Source: Basidiobolus meristosporus CBS 931.73
Taxonomy: Eukaryota > Fungi > Basidiobolomycota
Direction: 5' to 3'
Length of the DNA stretch: 64,000 nucleotides
NCBI GenBank assembly: GCA_002104905.1
Contig: MCFE01000462.1
Coordinates: 1-64,000 of the forward strand
Numbering within the stretch: the stretch's first letter is position 1; the number at the start of each line of letters is the position of its first letter. The translations under genes were made by a program, and so were the position numbers. The notes beneath the pieces are model-generated. The model was given only the letters and a program-made list of their open reading frames with translations, searched no databases and was not told the origin of the DNA. Positions 11,346-24,177 of this stretch are shown here, piece by piece.

Positions 11346-14300
11346 TTATTTTTTGGATGGAGGAGGGGTTTGCTGAGGATACACTCCGCTTGGATGCTGG
11401 AACATTCCCGGCATGTTCATGGGATTCATTGGGCCAGATGTCGCGGGGTGGAATCCATGAGGTGCCGGAGACGATGTTGGCATCGGCATGTGTGGATGCC
11501 GGGGGTATCCAGAGCCTATAGGGACCACAGGAGATTGTGGTCTACGGCCATACTGGCTCATATCCATAACCGAGGGAGAGGTTGTTCGTCGATAGTGGTT
11601 TGAATCTATCGTAGCAGGCGAAGCTGTACGACGAATCTGAGCACTATCTATAGTGGTGGGTGAACCACTGCTATAGCCAACATGATCTAGAATGGTAGGC
11701 GTTCCAGTTCTAAAGGGTGTATTATCAAACATGGATGCAGAATCTCGGTGCAGAGTCCTAGGCTGGTGCATTTGAGTTTGCTGATCCTTCTGCATAGAAG
11801 CTGACGGGTAAGGGAAAGAAGAGCTACCGCTAGCCGTTTGGCTGAGCGGTGTTGATGAGCGGTGTGGTGGCTGGATGATTTCAGGATAGCGCTGTCCGAC
11901 GCTTTCTCGATTGTCATACGTATGTTGATTAGGAAGAATCGGTGGAGATTGTCGATACACACTTGGCCCAACATTTGAGTTTGGCGCTGAATCAACCGAA
12001 AGACTTGGGGATGGTGCAGATGAATGATACCCTTCTAGTGGTTGAGGTACCCGGCGAGATTGTTGGAAATTCGCTGCTCCCTCAGGGGCTCCAGGCGCAG
12101 GATAAGGCTGCTGCGGACTGTTCCTGGTTTGTGCAAAGCTAAGATGTTCTGGAGGGAAGTGAGTTGGTTGGGGGCTCATAGATACTGCCTCTCTCGAATT
12201 TTGGTGGAATACAGGCTGGTGCGTATCTCGAGAACGCGATGCTGGTACCGGGGTGGAATGCCGTGAGGGCTGACTAGGTAGTTGACTTGCATGTGGGGGA
12301 TATTGAATCGGCTGAGAGTGTAATAATGAAGGGTTTGACGGCTTGCGGGAATGGCCGACCGGCAAAGGTTGATGAGGGCTTGATGTTCGGGGCGGTTGTG
12401 CTTGTGGAGCTACAGCAGGATGCGCTGAAGGGAGAGTCATCGCGGGTGACTGGGGACGCGAATAAACGCTGGTCTGTTGAGGTAACCTGGGTGAGGGTTG
12501 GATTAAAGGATGGCTTTGACGATGATGAGGAATTGGTGCATGATAGCTGGATTGGAGTGAAGGTTGTTGATGTAAAGGAGAAGGTGTGTATTGTGATTGG
12601 AGTGCTGAGTGATCTACAGGCTGAGCGTTTCCGGGAGATGGTTGTTGAATTGGAGAATGGGATAAAATCCGAGGGTGGGATCCCTGAGGCTGTATCTGAG
12701 ATTGTACACGTGGTTTTGTTGGTCGAGATTTGGCGGGCATTCGAGAGGGCTGTTGCTGAGTTGGGCTTTGACTTATGAGCTGAGTGATAGAAACTTGGGA
12801 ATGTGGCGAGGTGTGCGGAGGCAGACTACTGGCTGAGGGTTGCCTAGAATGCCGTTCATAAATATGTGTTGGGGCTGCTGATTGGCCTTGACTACCAGAC
12901 CGATGCCTAGAGGTGGTGGTTGTTTGTAGCTGGCTTAGAGCAGTGGCAGCAGCAGCCATGGTAGTAGATGGGGCCGTACTTGAGGCTGCTGACTGCGATT
13001 GGATTTGGAGAAGTTGAACCTGCGGTTGTGTTGGTTGGCTAATTTGAGATTGTGCGGATGGAGTTAAACTGAGGCGGTGGTGTGACATATGCAAAGGGTC
13101 CGCGCTGGACATGTCGGCTGATCCACGATTTGAAACTAACCCGGTGTTTACCTCACTTGCGGGCGTTGAATAAGGTGGCTGACTCTTGTATACAGCGGAA
13201 TAAGGTCCTTGCACATATGGAGAGCTCTTAGTGCTGACAGATTGATTCTGGCCTGAGCCTATAGAACTTGCTTCACGTTGTGACTGATACCGGTCAAATT
13301 TGATCTCACTTGCGCTAGAAGAATTGAATTGCTCCGCTGGCGGAGCTGAACCAACATCTTCTCCGAACCAATCAACTAGCGCATTCTTTCCTACCTTGAC
13401 AGACTGATCTTCCTCTGAAGGCGCATTCAGTAACGAAAAGATATCTGTGACACCTCTAGCTCGTTGAGGAGCTGGCTTCGGTGCGGGCCGAGTGTCCTGG
13501 CGATCATTATCGAAAAATCCAGACTCCATCCTAGAGCTTTTGGATGAGGTTGAGTATTCTGATCTAGTCGGGGAAACCATTGGTGCCTCTAACGGAGCAG
13601 GGTGATTAAGGATTCTAGTGACAGATGATTGCCTTCTAGATTCCCGTGACAGATCGTTTTGATGATACTCTAACCGGGCATGCGAGCGTATTTGATTTAC
13701 CGACGAGACTGGCTGTGAATCGGGTCTATGAACTGGCAATTGTGCGCTGGGGTGAGAAGAAATTGGCAATGTTCGATCATACACAGCACCCTGTAGCATG
13801 GTTTCCTGTTTGGTGTAATCGAACTTTTCGTTATCGTTACTAGCAATGCGAGAAGCCGATGGCCCAGTAGGTACAAGCATGTTTGGAGAACTCTTTGGCT
13901 TCATCTCCAGCTTAGGTAGTGCCTTTGGAACGTCTCCTGGTGCCGGATTTTCGTAAGGTTGATAAGATATAGATTTCCCGACAATTTGATCCGGAGTTCT
14001 AATCCCAGAATACTGAGCAGGTGAATAACTACTGGGCACAGAAGGTGCACTGGAAGCCTCTACTGGTTGTGAGCTAGTATTAATGTTCGGCTTGTAATCA
14101 GAGGTAGTTGCTGGATAAGTGAAGTTTGAACGGCTCGAAACCCCGTATTGATGTTGTGATTGATAAACATCGGAAGAGGTGGGAGTTTCACTTAGTGACC
14201 TCATGTTGAATGCCCCCACGGAATTCGCAGAGGATGAAGGTACACTCTTCGACTCGGAAGTGCTATAGTTATCCTGCGAATTCGGTTGTGCAGGTCTGAG

Positions 14301-17300
14301 ATCTTGAATATTAGATGATGAATGCTCAGGAGCGGAGGGTTTGCCACTGCGATGGGTTGTCGACGAAATGGCCTCAATATTTTTGAAAGCTGGAGGGTTC
14401 ACCATCTGATTTACAGAGTATATCATGGGTGATTCTGTAACACCGGATGATGGTAGGGCATTATTCATAGAATAACGAGAATTCGACCCAGATGGCCCAA
14501 CAGCTTGCTCATATTTCGAGGGCGCTTTGTTTGATCCAAAATTAGTGGCAACCATTTCCGAAACGGCGAGTTTGCTTTGAGGGTAAGGAGGATTAAGTGA
14601 AGCGGCTTGTGTCTGCTCGACAGATTTGATTTCAGAAGTAAACAAGTGCGTTGGCATTCCCGGAGTGTTGACACTTGTTTTGGCCTGACGTAAAAGATCA
14701 TCTGTGCTCTGTGTATCTGATTCAGAGCAAATGTGTCCACTCTGGTTGATATGTGATTCTTGTTTGTCCAACTTAGATCCAGCAACCGAAGGGGCGTTAT
14801 GTATTCAGAGCCGCAACAGATGCCTTTTGCTGAGAACTTGTTGAGATTTCTCCAAGTCCCGACGAGCCAAGTAGTACATTCGACACAGTTGATGCTGGGG
14901 AATAGGCTGGTGTCACCATTCGCTCACTTGATGTCATGCTATTGCCAGTTGCTACTGACTGTTCTTTAGGATTCGAAAGCTCAGATAGAAGACTTGAGAT
15001 TGTATTGAGTCCAGCAGGCGACGTTGCCGGTGCCTTGACAGGCTCCACCAATACGTTTTTACGATATGACTCAGATAGTGTCGAGTTCTTGGGTTCAAGT
15101 TGGACAGGTGTATTCGAGCTTGTTTCCACTATACTCGAAGTCTTTTCGGCACTTGGTTCCGTTGGTTCTGTAGGCACATAAAGTTTGTCCTTAGCCATGG
15201 CTACAGATGATAAAGATTCCAAGAAGCTTCGACCCTCATGGTCATTCTCGTTAATATGACCCTTCTCAGATTTGTTGGTTGTGCCCAACGTATTATCTGA
15301 AGAAGCTGTCTTGATCATATCAACATTTTCAGCGATGCTAGGATGTGTCATACTGGTGTTTGAAGCAGATGATGTAATCTTAGAATCTTCAGGTAGACTT
15401 TCGTCAACAGTTGAATCTTTGCAGGACGCCACGTATGAAGTAGGCTGCACTGCATGCTCACTTGAGATTTGAGAATTTGCTGTTGAATCGATCGCAGGAG
15501 CAACAACGGATGCAGAAGCCTCTCCACTATCCTCTGATAGAGCAGTTGAATCTTCATGTTGTTTAACTATCTTCTCCAATCCAAGTCGTTCCGTGTTGAT
15601 GTTGTAATAACTTTCAACTTCAGACGCGCTTCTAGACTTGACATGCTCAGCAATTTTGACCCAATCTTTTCCATGCATTCGAAGAGATTCAGCAAATTCT
15701 GTTTGCTCAAACGCTGACCAGTCATCGGAGCTTACTCCTGTCGTTTCTTCAGAGACACTTCCACCTTCTTGAACTACGTCTCCTTCATCCTCGTCGTCCG
15801 AGGACAAAGTTGATAATAGTGCTTGGTTGATTTCTTCTTCCAGCAATGCGTCATCGATTACCTCCGAAACTTCGTCTCTTTGTTCTGGTAATTCTTCGTC
15901 ATCGGAGCTCGGAATGTCAAGTGAAAGATCAAAGTCCTCTACCACGGGTGGCTTGGTAATGCCTGTAGGTTTTACCGACTCTTCCAATTTTTGAGGCTTT
16001 GTTTTTGATGCAGAATGTGATAAATTGCTGGAGACCTGACCAGGTTTGCCTTCATTTCTATCAGAGTGTGAAGGTGTAGGCCCAGAAATATCAGATACTG
16101 GTGCTACATATGCTGTGCCCTGCTCCTCAACAATTGTTTCCTCTTCATCAGAACTGTCCTTATCTAGAATATCCTCAATAGCAGCGTTTACTTCATCTAT
16201 GATATCCATCTCGTCCTGGGAAATTGGCTCTTCCTTTTCGGCAGGGGATGGCTCTATTTGTTCCTTCTTGCTGTCCCGAGAAAGTGGCTCATTTTTTCTT
16301 TAGGGTGGGCTCTTTGTCCCTTTGGTCAGCGATTTTCTGCTTCTCTTCGTCGGCAGGGCCTTGCCTCTCGAAAGACGATGCCTCTTTCCTCTTTGCTTGA
16401 TACGACTCCTTTCTATCTGAAGCAATGCCCCGTTTGTCATGCGAATGCAGCACTCTCCTTTCCTGCATAGAAGCCTTTCTGAGTTGAGTGGGAAGCCCTT
16501 TCTTTTCTTGAGAGGGTACGTCTCGTCGAATTTGAGATGATGCACCCCTTTTTTCTTGGAAAATCGAGGCCTTCTTGGGAGTTGAGGATCCTTTCTTGTC
16601 CTCTGCAAGATTTGATTTGTGACTTGTCTCAGTCTCGCCAGGAACAAATTTTCCGCCTGCAGGCCTCAAAGGAATAGGCTTCGGTGGTATGTTTCGATTG
16701 AAACTGGATTTGGCAACGCTAGTAGGCTTTCCAACAATGGGCTTATTAGGCTTAATGAATAACTTTCCGCTAGCACTCTCATTGTGAGAATCCCTATGGG
16801 ACTTCATACCAAATGGCTTGTGAGGGGTGGGTCTCATGAACAGACTCTCGGAGCCGCCTGGCTTTACCACGGATGGTTTAACCATAGAGGTCTCCCCCTT
16901 GCCAACAATCGGCCTAATACTCGGGAATTTTCCAGGCCCATGTCTAACACTCCCGTCATTAGCCAATAGCTTTTCGTTAGGTTGCTTGGCATGAGCAGCT
17001 GCGCCGAGTGAATCTTTCTTGTCATCAATGCCTTGCTCATTGATAACCGAGTCATTCATAACTACATCCCCAGATTTAATCCTGCTTTCCGTTTTGGGTT
17101 CATCAGCACTCTTATTTAGGGCAAAAGGCTTCTCCGTTGGCAAGCTGGGTATATTTTGGGGTACCGGCAGGTCACTTTCTTGCACCATGGCAGTGTATTC
17201 GGGCATAGATTTCCCTGAGGCGACAGTATTAGTTGGACTGTAGGCGCCGGCCTCCCGAACTTTAGGTAGGATGGTAGCATCAGAATGTTTGTTGAATGAG

Positions 17301-20300
17301 TCAATATTGGCAATTCCTGGCTTATTAGAGCTCTGTATCGTTTGAATAAGAGCACTATCACTTCGCTCCAATATGGTGCTTGATATCTCAGGAATCTCCT
17401 TTCCTTTCATTACATCACTGGATTTGCTATGCTTCTGAGAATCATTTTCAGTGCCGTTCAATGTGGGACTAGCACGGTTGGAGTCCATCGCTACAGCATT
17501 GTTGCTGCTTTGATTTATCTCCGCTTCAAATGAATCACTTGTTATCTCAGGTTGGGGACTATCTTGACTAGAAGCATCCAGAGTAGGAACTTGAGTATCC
17601 AATTTCTGAGCTGATACGTCGACACTATCCTCGCGTATCTGAGGCTTCTCCGAACGGTCCTTCAGTGTCGACTCTTCACTAGCAGGAATAGCATGTGGTT
17701 TGGTATCCAAAGAAGAATCCTGGCGGTAGCTTGTTCGAGCCTTCTTTTTGAAAGTAGGCAGGGTTTCAGGAAGGTCACCCCGTTCGTCAAAATCTAGGGA
17801 TCTAGATGCTGCATCAATATCCTGAAGCAAAGCGTTGCCTTTGCTCTTATTATTCCCGGGATTGGAAGTCTTGCTAGAATCTTTGCGAGCCACCGGTCTT
17901 CGTTTTTTACCCCGACCCGTAATCAACCCTTTGAAATCTATGGATTTCTTCTCTCGATAATAGAACAGCACGCACTGACGAGCATTCTTGTGTTTGAGAA
18001 AAGAAGCGATTTTGCCGAACTGCTTAGGATACAACAGATACTTCTTGATGAAAATATCGCGTTCTTCTTTGGACCATTCATCTACTGAGCCTGCGCAATG
18101 ATAGTATTTGTATGGATTTTCCACAAGATTGTTGCGATTATCATACTTTGTAAGCTCCCTTTTGTATGGATCCAATACCATCGATGGGATGGTCGCTACA
18201 GTTCGAAGGCACCGAATGTTAGGATTACGAAGCTCCTCATTCTCAAGAGATTGGATAATCTCAAGCAGCTCTGCCTCACTACGGACCGTATCACTATTAT
18301 AAGGTCCTCCATGGCGTTGTGTTCGAGAAATTGGGAGATTACTAGGACCAGAAGCGGACAATAGCTCATCTTTGAGATACCTTCTTCCTTTTTTCTTCTC
18401 TTTATGTTTCTCCAGCTTGACGATCCGAACTCTCCATGCCTCAAGGTACTGCTTATACTTTTGTCGGAGTTCGTTTTCTTTTTGCTCAAGCGAGTCATAC
18501 TTGTGGCGCATGTGATTAAACATTAAGCTTCGGATTCTCTTATGCGACTCGATGTTTTGACAATAAAATGGATAGTCTTCAAACTTTCGAAATATAGGCC
18601 CCAGAGAAGGCTTAACATTGGTTTGAACTAGCATTTGATTTTCAGCATATATCTTTTTGTGAAGCGATAACTTCTTAGTCTTCTGGGATTTCCCATTAGT
18701 CGCTTGGACACTGCTGTTCCCGTTTAATCCGCCATCCACTGCGTGAGAAGGCAAGACATCAGCTGGATCCGCTTCTTGGTTTACGTTCTGGTCTATTGCC
18801 AAATTCTCGATTGTGTTGTCTTTTTGCGCCTCTGAGGAATTCTCGGAATTGTCCATACATGATTGCTTGTTCTTTCGAATCTCAACCAAGAGTTCCTCGT
18901 AGCGCCCAATCTCGGAGTCGATCTTATCAATCATCGCAAATATTTTTTCCTGCGTCAAGGAATCATCAATGTTTAACAGAGCTGATGCTCCTTCGGGTTC
19001 ATCTTGTATTTCACCAGGCTCAATACCAGCACTTTCGTTAAACGTTACCGCTTTTTCTGTGTCCATATCAGTAGCCTCGTCTGCAATAGCTGATTGAACT
19101 TCATTTGTTTCAAAAGAAACGCTCTCATTCACACTATGGCTCTCTGATTCAACATTCGCCTGCTTTTGCTCCTTGCAACCGTCTTGTGTTGTTGGTTGAG
19201 CGCTATGTTCAGATTTCTCGCGGGAAGAACTTTCTACAGTCAGGTCATCACTAATTGCCGCTTTGACCTTTATGCACTTGGGATACTTTGCCTGTTCACA
19301 CTGAACTGATTCATCGTTTGCTGTATCCGCCTCGCATATAGGCATTGCTGCAGTAGTAACGTTAATTTCTGGCGCAGCGAGACTTCCGAGTTCAGCGGTT
19401 GGTGGCTTGATAGGTTCGTAATTTTGAGGGTCCGGTGATTTGTCAACTGGAGGGCGATCCAACTCATGGGAACTGGTAACTTTGCAATCGTCCCTCTCGA
19501 GTGATACTGAGTCAGAAAATTTCGCCACACTATTACTGGAGCTATCCACAGTCTCCCTGGAAATACTTGGCATAGAATCAATCTCAACTAACGACTTCTC
19601 GTCATTCTGAACTTCAGAATCTATAGGATTTTCTGGTTGAAGGCCCGGTACTTGTGAAATGCTTTCCTTTAAGTATGGCTTGGTTTCTACTTCAGATGAC
19701 ATCATACCCGCCTGTTGTATAACTTCTTCAGCAACTTCTGAAGAAGGTACTGGCACTTGGTTGACGGCAGCTGCTGCATCATCACTGTGGAGCTCGTGGG
19801 ATACAGAATCTATCTCTCCAGGCTCAGGAGATTCTACTGACTCCGTGACAGTCAATTCGATATTATCATTGATACATGTAGATTTCCCGGGCTTAAGATC
19901 TACATCAGCTGTCCGTTCTGTATGATCTGGCTTTATCGACTCCTCCTCCTGGTTATTAATGTTGCTGCTTTCGTCCGGTTGGTCAACTTTGGGGATTTGT
20001 GGTGGCTCTATTTTTGAACTCTGCTTCAGCTCGGCTATCTCATCTCGAATTGGATACGATTTGGCATTGCAATGAACGTTCTTTCCACGTCTGTGCCATC
20101 TTTCATTTTCCTGTATATTTTCGACAGAATCCGAGAGCTCGGAGCCACCTATCTCCCCCTCTTCGAGTTGATCCGAGTGCTCTTCCTCGCTCTGCCCCAT
20201 TATTTGAGGGCTCAAATACTGGTTATCATTAGAGGGTGGCTTGATGGTGGAGTGAGCAGTGAGGTTCGGCTCATCTTTTGGCTTGGCTAGATTAGTGTCT

Positions 20301-22150
20301 CCTTTCTTAATATACCTATTTACATTGGTTTGATCAGAACTAGCTCCGGCATATTCATGTTTTTCCAGCGTATTCTCCAATTCATGAGATGCGGCTCCCA
20401 TCACTCTACCATCTCGACTCGCTGAACGACTAGATTCTTGCTCATCGTCAGGCAGTGGATCGAGGATACTATCTTTTAAATTCTCGCTGGGATCGCCGCC
20501 ATCACGATCATCACCAGGGCTCGAATATACTTTCCGTCTCTTTTCATCCCGTGGGTCAACATCATTGCCACGCTGTGTATCGTGAGGCTCCTCAGGCATA
20601 ATGGATGATGATGAAAAGTCACTAGATATTGAGTTTTCACGAATACGCTTCCCACAGGGGCCAGGAGTTGTCGATGACTGGGCATCATTATGGCCATTAT
20701 CGTCTAAGGACTGTGCAGTGCTATCGATAGAGTTGGTTCTAGTCTCCCTACCACTCGCGATCTTACGTTTTTCAGTAGATTTTGTGGAGTCCACGCTGCT
20801 GCTTCGGCGGTCAGGAGTGATTGATCCATGTGAGCCTTGATGAAAATCATTCCCATCCTTTTTTCCTGGGATAGAATTAGAGTCTCTACGATAATCACGG
20901 TATCCTTCTCCAGGCCGATACATGTCACTTTGGTCGTATCTTCCACCAGACATTTCTGCTCTCTCTCGCTCACGAAGCCGGTCAGAATCCCATCTTTCGC
21001 GGCCTCGGTTACGTTCGCGGTTTCGTTCACGCTCCCACCTTTCACGATCTCTGTTATTTCGATCTCTTTCACGTTCCCGAATTCCAGGAAAAGGGTTTGG
21101 TCCGCGAGCAAGATGATCTCTATTGTCCATGTGACGAGTAAAATAACTAAAATCACCGCTCCTAAAGTCCCTGTATGGCATATTTCTACCAGCATTTTCT
21201 CGAACTGAGGAACTTGAAGAAGGTCTAGCCATTTTTTCAAATGCTGCAGTAGGAAACATAGAAGGTCTTCCTCTAGAATCTCGGGATCCCCCGAATCCTT
21301 CGCCATGTTTTGGCCTTCCCTATATTTTGAAAACTCGGTTGGTACACATGCTACATAAGAAGGATCATGAAGACATTCTCGCAAATAATAACGAACCTCT
21401 CTGTCCACCATACCAGGGAATACAATGTCCATCGGAGCAATATCTGCACCACCACTGCGCATAAGTACATTTCCACTAGTAGGGTCACGACTAATGACAA
21501 TTGGTGGAGGCCCATTGGTATTATTCCCACGACGACTAGCAAAAGCTGACATTGAGGTATTACTCCCTACTCCGCCTAACCGCTTGTTTTCCTCGAAGTC
21601 AGCGCCAGCGCGACGATTATGTGGATAATATGAAGGGACAAATGGATGACTGGGCCCATGTGGTGGTAATGGGCGATCTTCACGATGAAGCTCTCTAACG
21701 GAAGTGATAAGAATAAGATTCAGGCACTACCAATAAAGACAATGGATAAAACTGACCTATCGTTTCTTCGACGAAAACGGTCTTCTCTCTCTCGTTCTCT
21801 CCTATCATCACGCTCTCTTGGTGCTCTGTAGGAGTAGAAAATGTTCAGAATTATCCAAATTAACATATTTTGGACTTCCCGCGCTGGTATCAGAGGCGTC
21901 CAGGTTGGATATGAGATAGACATTACCTTGAAAAATAGGGATCAAATCTGGAATTTCTAGAGTTGGTATAAGGCGGAGCCTCAGTGTGGATAGGGGTTTT
22001 AAGATGAGAAGTAGGTATGGGGGAACTCGAGCGAGAGTGCGTCGGCTTTGAATGGTTATCGGTTGTGGCTTGAGAGACAGTTTCAGTGGAGGAGAGTTTG
22101 GGATCTAAGGGCTTGGAAGCATGTGTTGGGGGTGATCGTCCGTGATCCAT
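11346..22150 (-). CDS. SNT1: Snt1/N-CoR-like corepressor (Set3C/HDAC scaffold), long copy A; reading frame broken at about 16290 and about 14800
   Basis: N-CoR GPS2-interacting-like region (LTQEKIFAMIDKIDSEIGRYEELL...YPFYCQNIESH...VRSEAELLEII), SANT1 (WSKEERDIFIKKYLLYPKQFGKIASFL) and SANT2 (WSAFEQTEFAESLRMHGKDWVKIAEHV) in the next ORF, then a long S/P/Q-rich tail. Three 5' introns, start ATG 22150. Confidence 0.85.
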
Positions 22151-23188
22151 TTTTGATTACTAAGTAAACTCTCCAAGCGAATGTGTACCTAGATTTTTAG
22201 CAAAGTCGGGGTCCGATCCCTGTGTACTGTGATAGAAAATGTCTGTGTATCAGTAGAATAGAAAGGGACGCAATATTTTCTAGGGCTAGGATTGGTAAGT
22301 CTGCCAATTAGGAAAAGTCGATTTTGCTTGACAGAATAGGCTTCTACTTTCTTTTATGAACACTTCTCAACTGTCGCTGGGGAAAAGTAGAAGACACCTG
22401 CTGTATTGACTAGGGATCGCTGAGTTGGTACTTTGACGATTCAAAGCTAAGGATGTGTTGTGTTTCAGCGTATTTATAATATTATGGGATTGAAGGTATA
22501 AGTCGAAGAGAAAGGTAATGGGCTATTGAAAAGTTCAGATTGATGAATATCTCGATAGTAAACATTCAAGGTGGCGAATGCATATAGTCAGGGATAAATT
22601 TTCGGTAGAATCCCCCAAAACATACAATGGTCTTCTAAATTGGCACGTCAACCAAACCTAATACGCAATACCTATAAAATCAAATAGAGCTCAATTTTAT
22701 CCGAATCCTGTGTTTTCCTTAGAAACAATGACTTAATGACGATATAGCCGTAACACATTCTAGCCAATCACCAGCACCAAAGAGCTGCCCTGCGTACTAG
22801 GAGACAGGTTGGTATTTGATTTCACACGTTGTATGTGCAACATGGTTCCTTCTAATGTGGAATACACAAACACCTTTCTGGACATTATGGCTTGGGTGCA
22901 AGCGCTAGGCAAATATATAACCCCTCCTCTCCCAACCGGCCTCCTGGAGGCTGCTGGATACGGGCATCACGTGGCTTATGCTAAATCCACCACCGCTTTT
23001 TGTTTAAGAAAGGGTTTAGCTTCCACCAGAGGTTGCTTCAAATAAATTGAGAAAATCAACCGGGGTCGTACTGCCAATTGATAAAAAATTTTTGCTCATT
23101 ACAATTTTAACTTTCCGATTGTTGCTTGAAATCATCTCAAGGTTCACTTTAGACAACAGTGGTTAGAGACAATATTGCTTGCCGAAGG

Positions 23189-23845
23189 ATGAATTTCTCA
23201 CTTCTCAAGACATCAGTAAGAGCTACTAGCACAACCGCTAGAGTGTCAGCAGCCGCTCTTAGACTACGTCAACCAACCACCCGTTGCTTCGCTACCGAGT
23301 CCCAAGGGAGTAAAACTACCGAGAAAAAGCCTGAGGGTGGTGAAGGGAACGATTCCAAGAACCATACGGATTTTATTTTAGAGACATTGCGTGGTATTGG
23401 AAGCAACCCAAACAAAGGTGCTCGTGCAGGCGCTATGGGTACTTTGCCCTTTGATTTGTCTACGCCTAACATCGCTTCACAGAAGGACCAAGGTTTTACC
23501 CACTGCCTGTCCGTTCATGCTAGTTACAACAACACAATTGTATCCTTGACCAACGCAGACGGTAGAGTTTTGGTTAACGCCTCTGGGGGTACTTGCGGTT
23601 TCAAGAAAGCCAACCGTGGTGGTTACGAACCTGCTTATCAAGCAACCACAAAAGTCATCGAAAAGGTCAAGGAACTTGGCTTGAACATCGGTGGCTTGCA
23701 TGTCAAATTAAGAGGATTCGGCCCCGGTCGTGACGCTGCTTTCAAGGCTGTTCGCTCATTGTCCGCTTGGAACATCACTAGAATTACTGATGCCACCCCG
23801 GTTCCATTCAACGGGTGCAGACCTCGTAAACCACGTCGTTTGTGA
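23189..23845 (+). CDS. MRPS11: Mitochondrial ribosomal protein uS11m (yeast Mrps18), 218 aa
   Basis: R/S/T-rich presequence, then HCLSVHASYNNTIVSLT...ASGGTCGFKKANRGGYEPAYQA...LRGFGPGRDAAF...DATPVPFNGCRPRKPRRL. Confidence 0.95.
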   Translation: MNFSLLKTSVRATSTTARVSAAALRLRQPTTRCFATESQGSKTTEKKPEGGEGNDSKNHTDFILETLRGIGSNPNKGARAGAMGTLPFDLSTPNIASQKDQGFTHCLSVHASYNNTIVSLTNADGRVLVNASGGTCGFKKANRGGYEPAYQATTKVIEKVKELGLNIGGLHVKLRGFGPGRDAAFKAVRSLSAWNITRITDATPVPFNGCRPRKPRRL

Positions 23846-24177
23846 GTCATCGAATATGTTCTTTTATACACCGCATTGTTTCATCCTTCATCTCACTCCT
23901 CAAGCGCTAAATAAACTTGCACGATTTTCAAACAAACAAATACAATGTGGATGGCTGTGCCATTTATATCAAAAGGCCTCCTGACGATTGACCGGGTGGC
24001 GGAGTGCTTGGCATCATTTCTTACAAAAAATACAGATTGAGAGGTGCTTTGCTAGATGCCTGGGTAGGAAAGAGCTAATGCATAGACCAAATAAATACAC
24101 GAACAAATTAAGGCGGAAAACACACATTCTAGTCTTTCAAAAACAATAAAAAAGCAAGAGGTGCTACGATTGCCATA

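Noticed and set aside
20704-21552. 282-aa ORF overlapping the SNT1-A 5' end
   Set aside because: Only the first part is coding. The rest reads through an intron into the wrong frame, and the paralog shows the same intron position (DRE|).
22200-23150. Long intergenic stretch with a 78-aa ORF, scanned for tRNA and snRNA
   Set aside because: No cloverleaf, A/B boxes or recognisable snRNA motifs, and the ORF lacks an ATG start or any motif. It is probably a divergent promoter.
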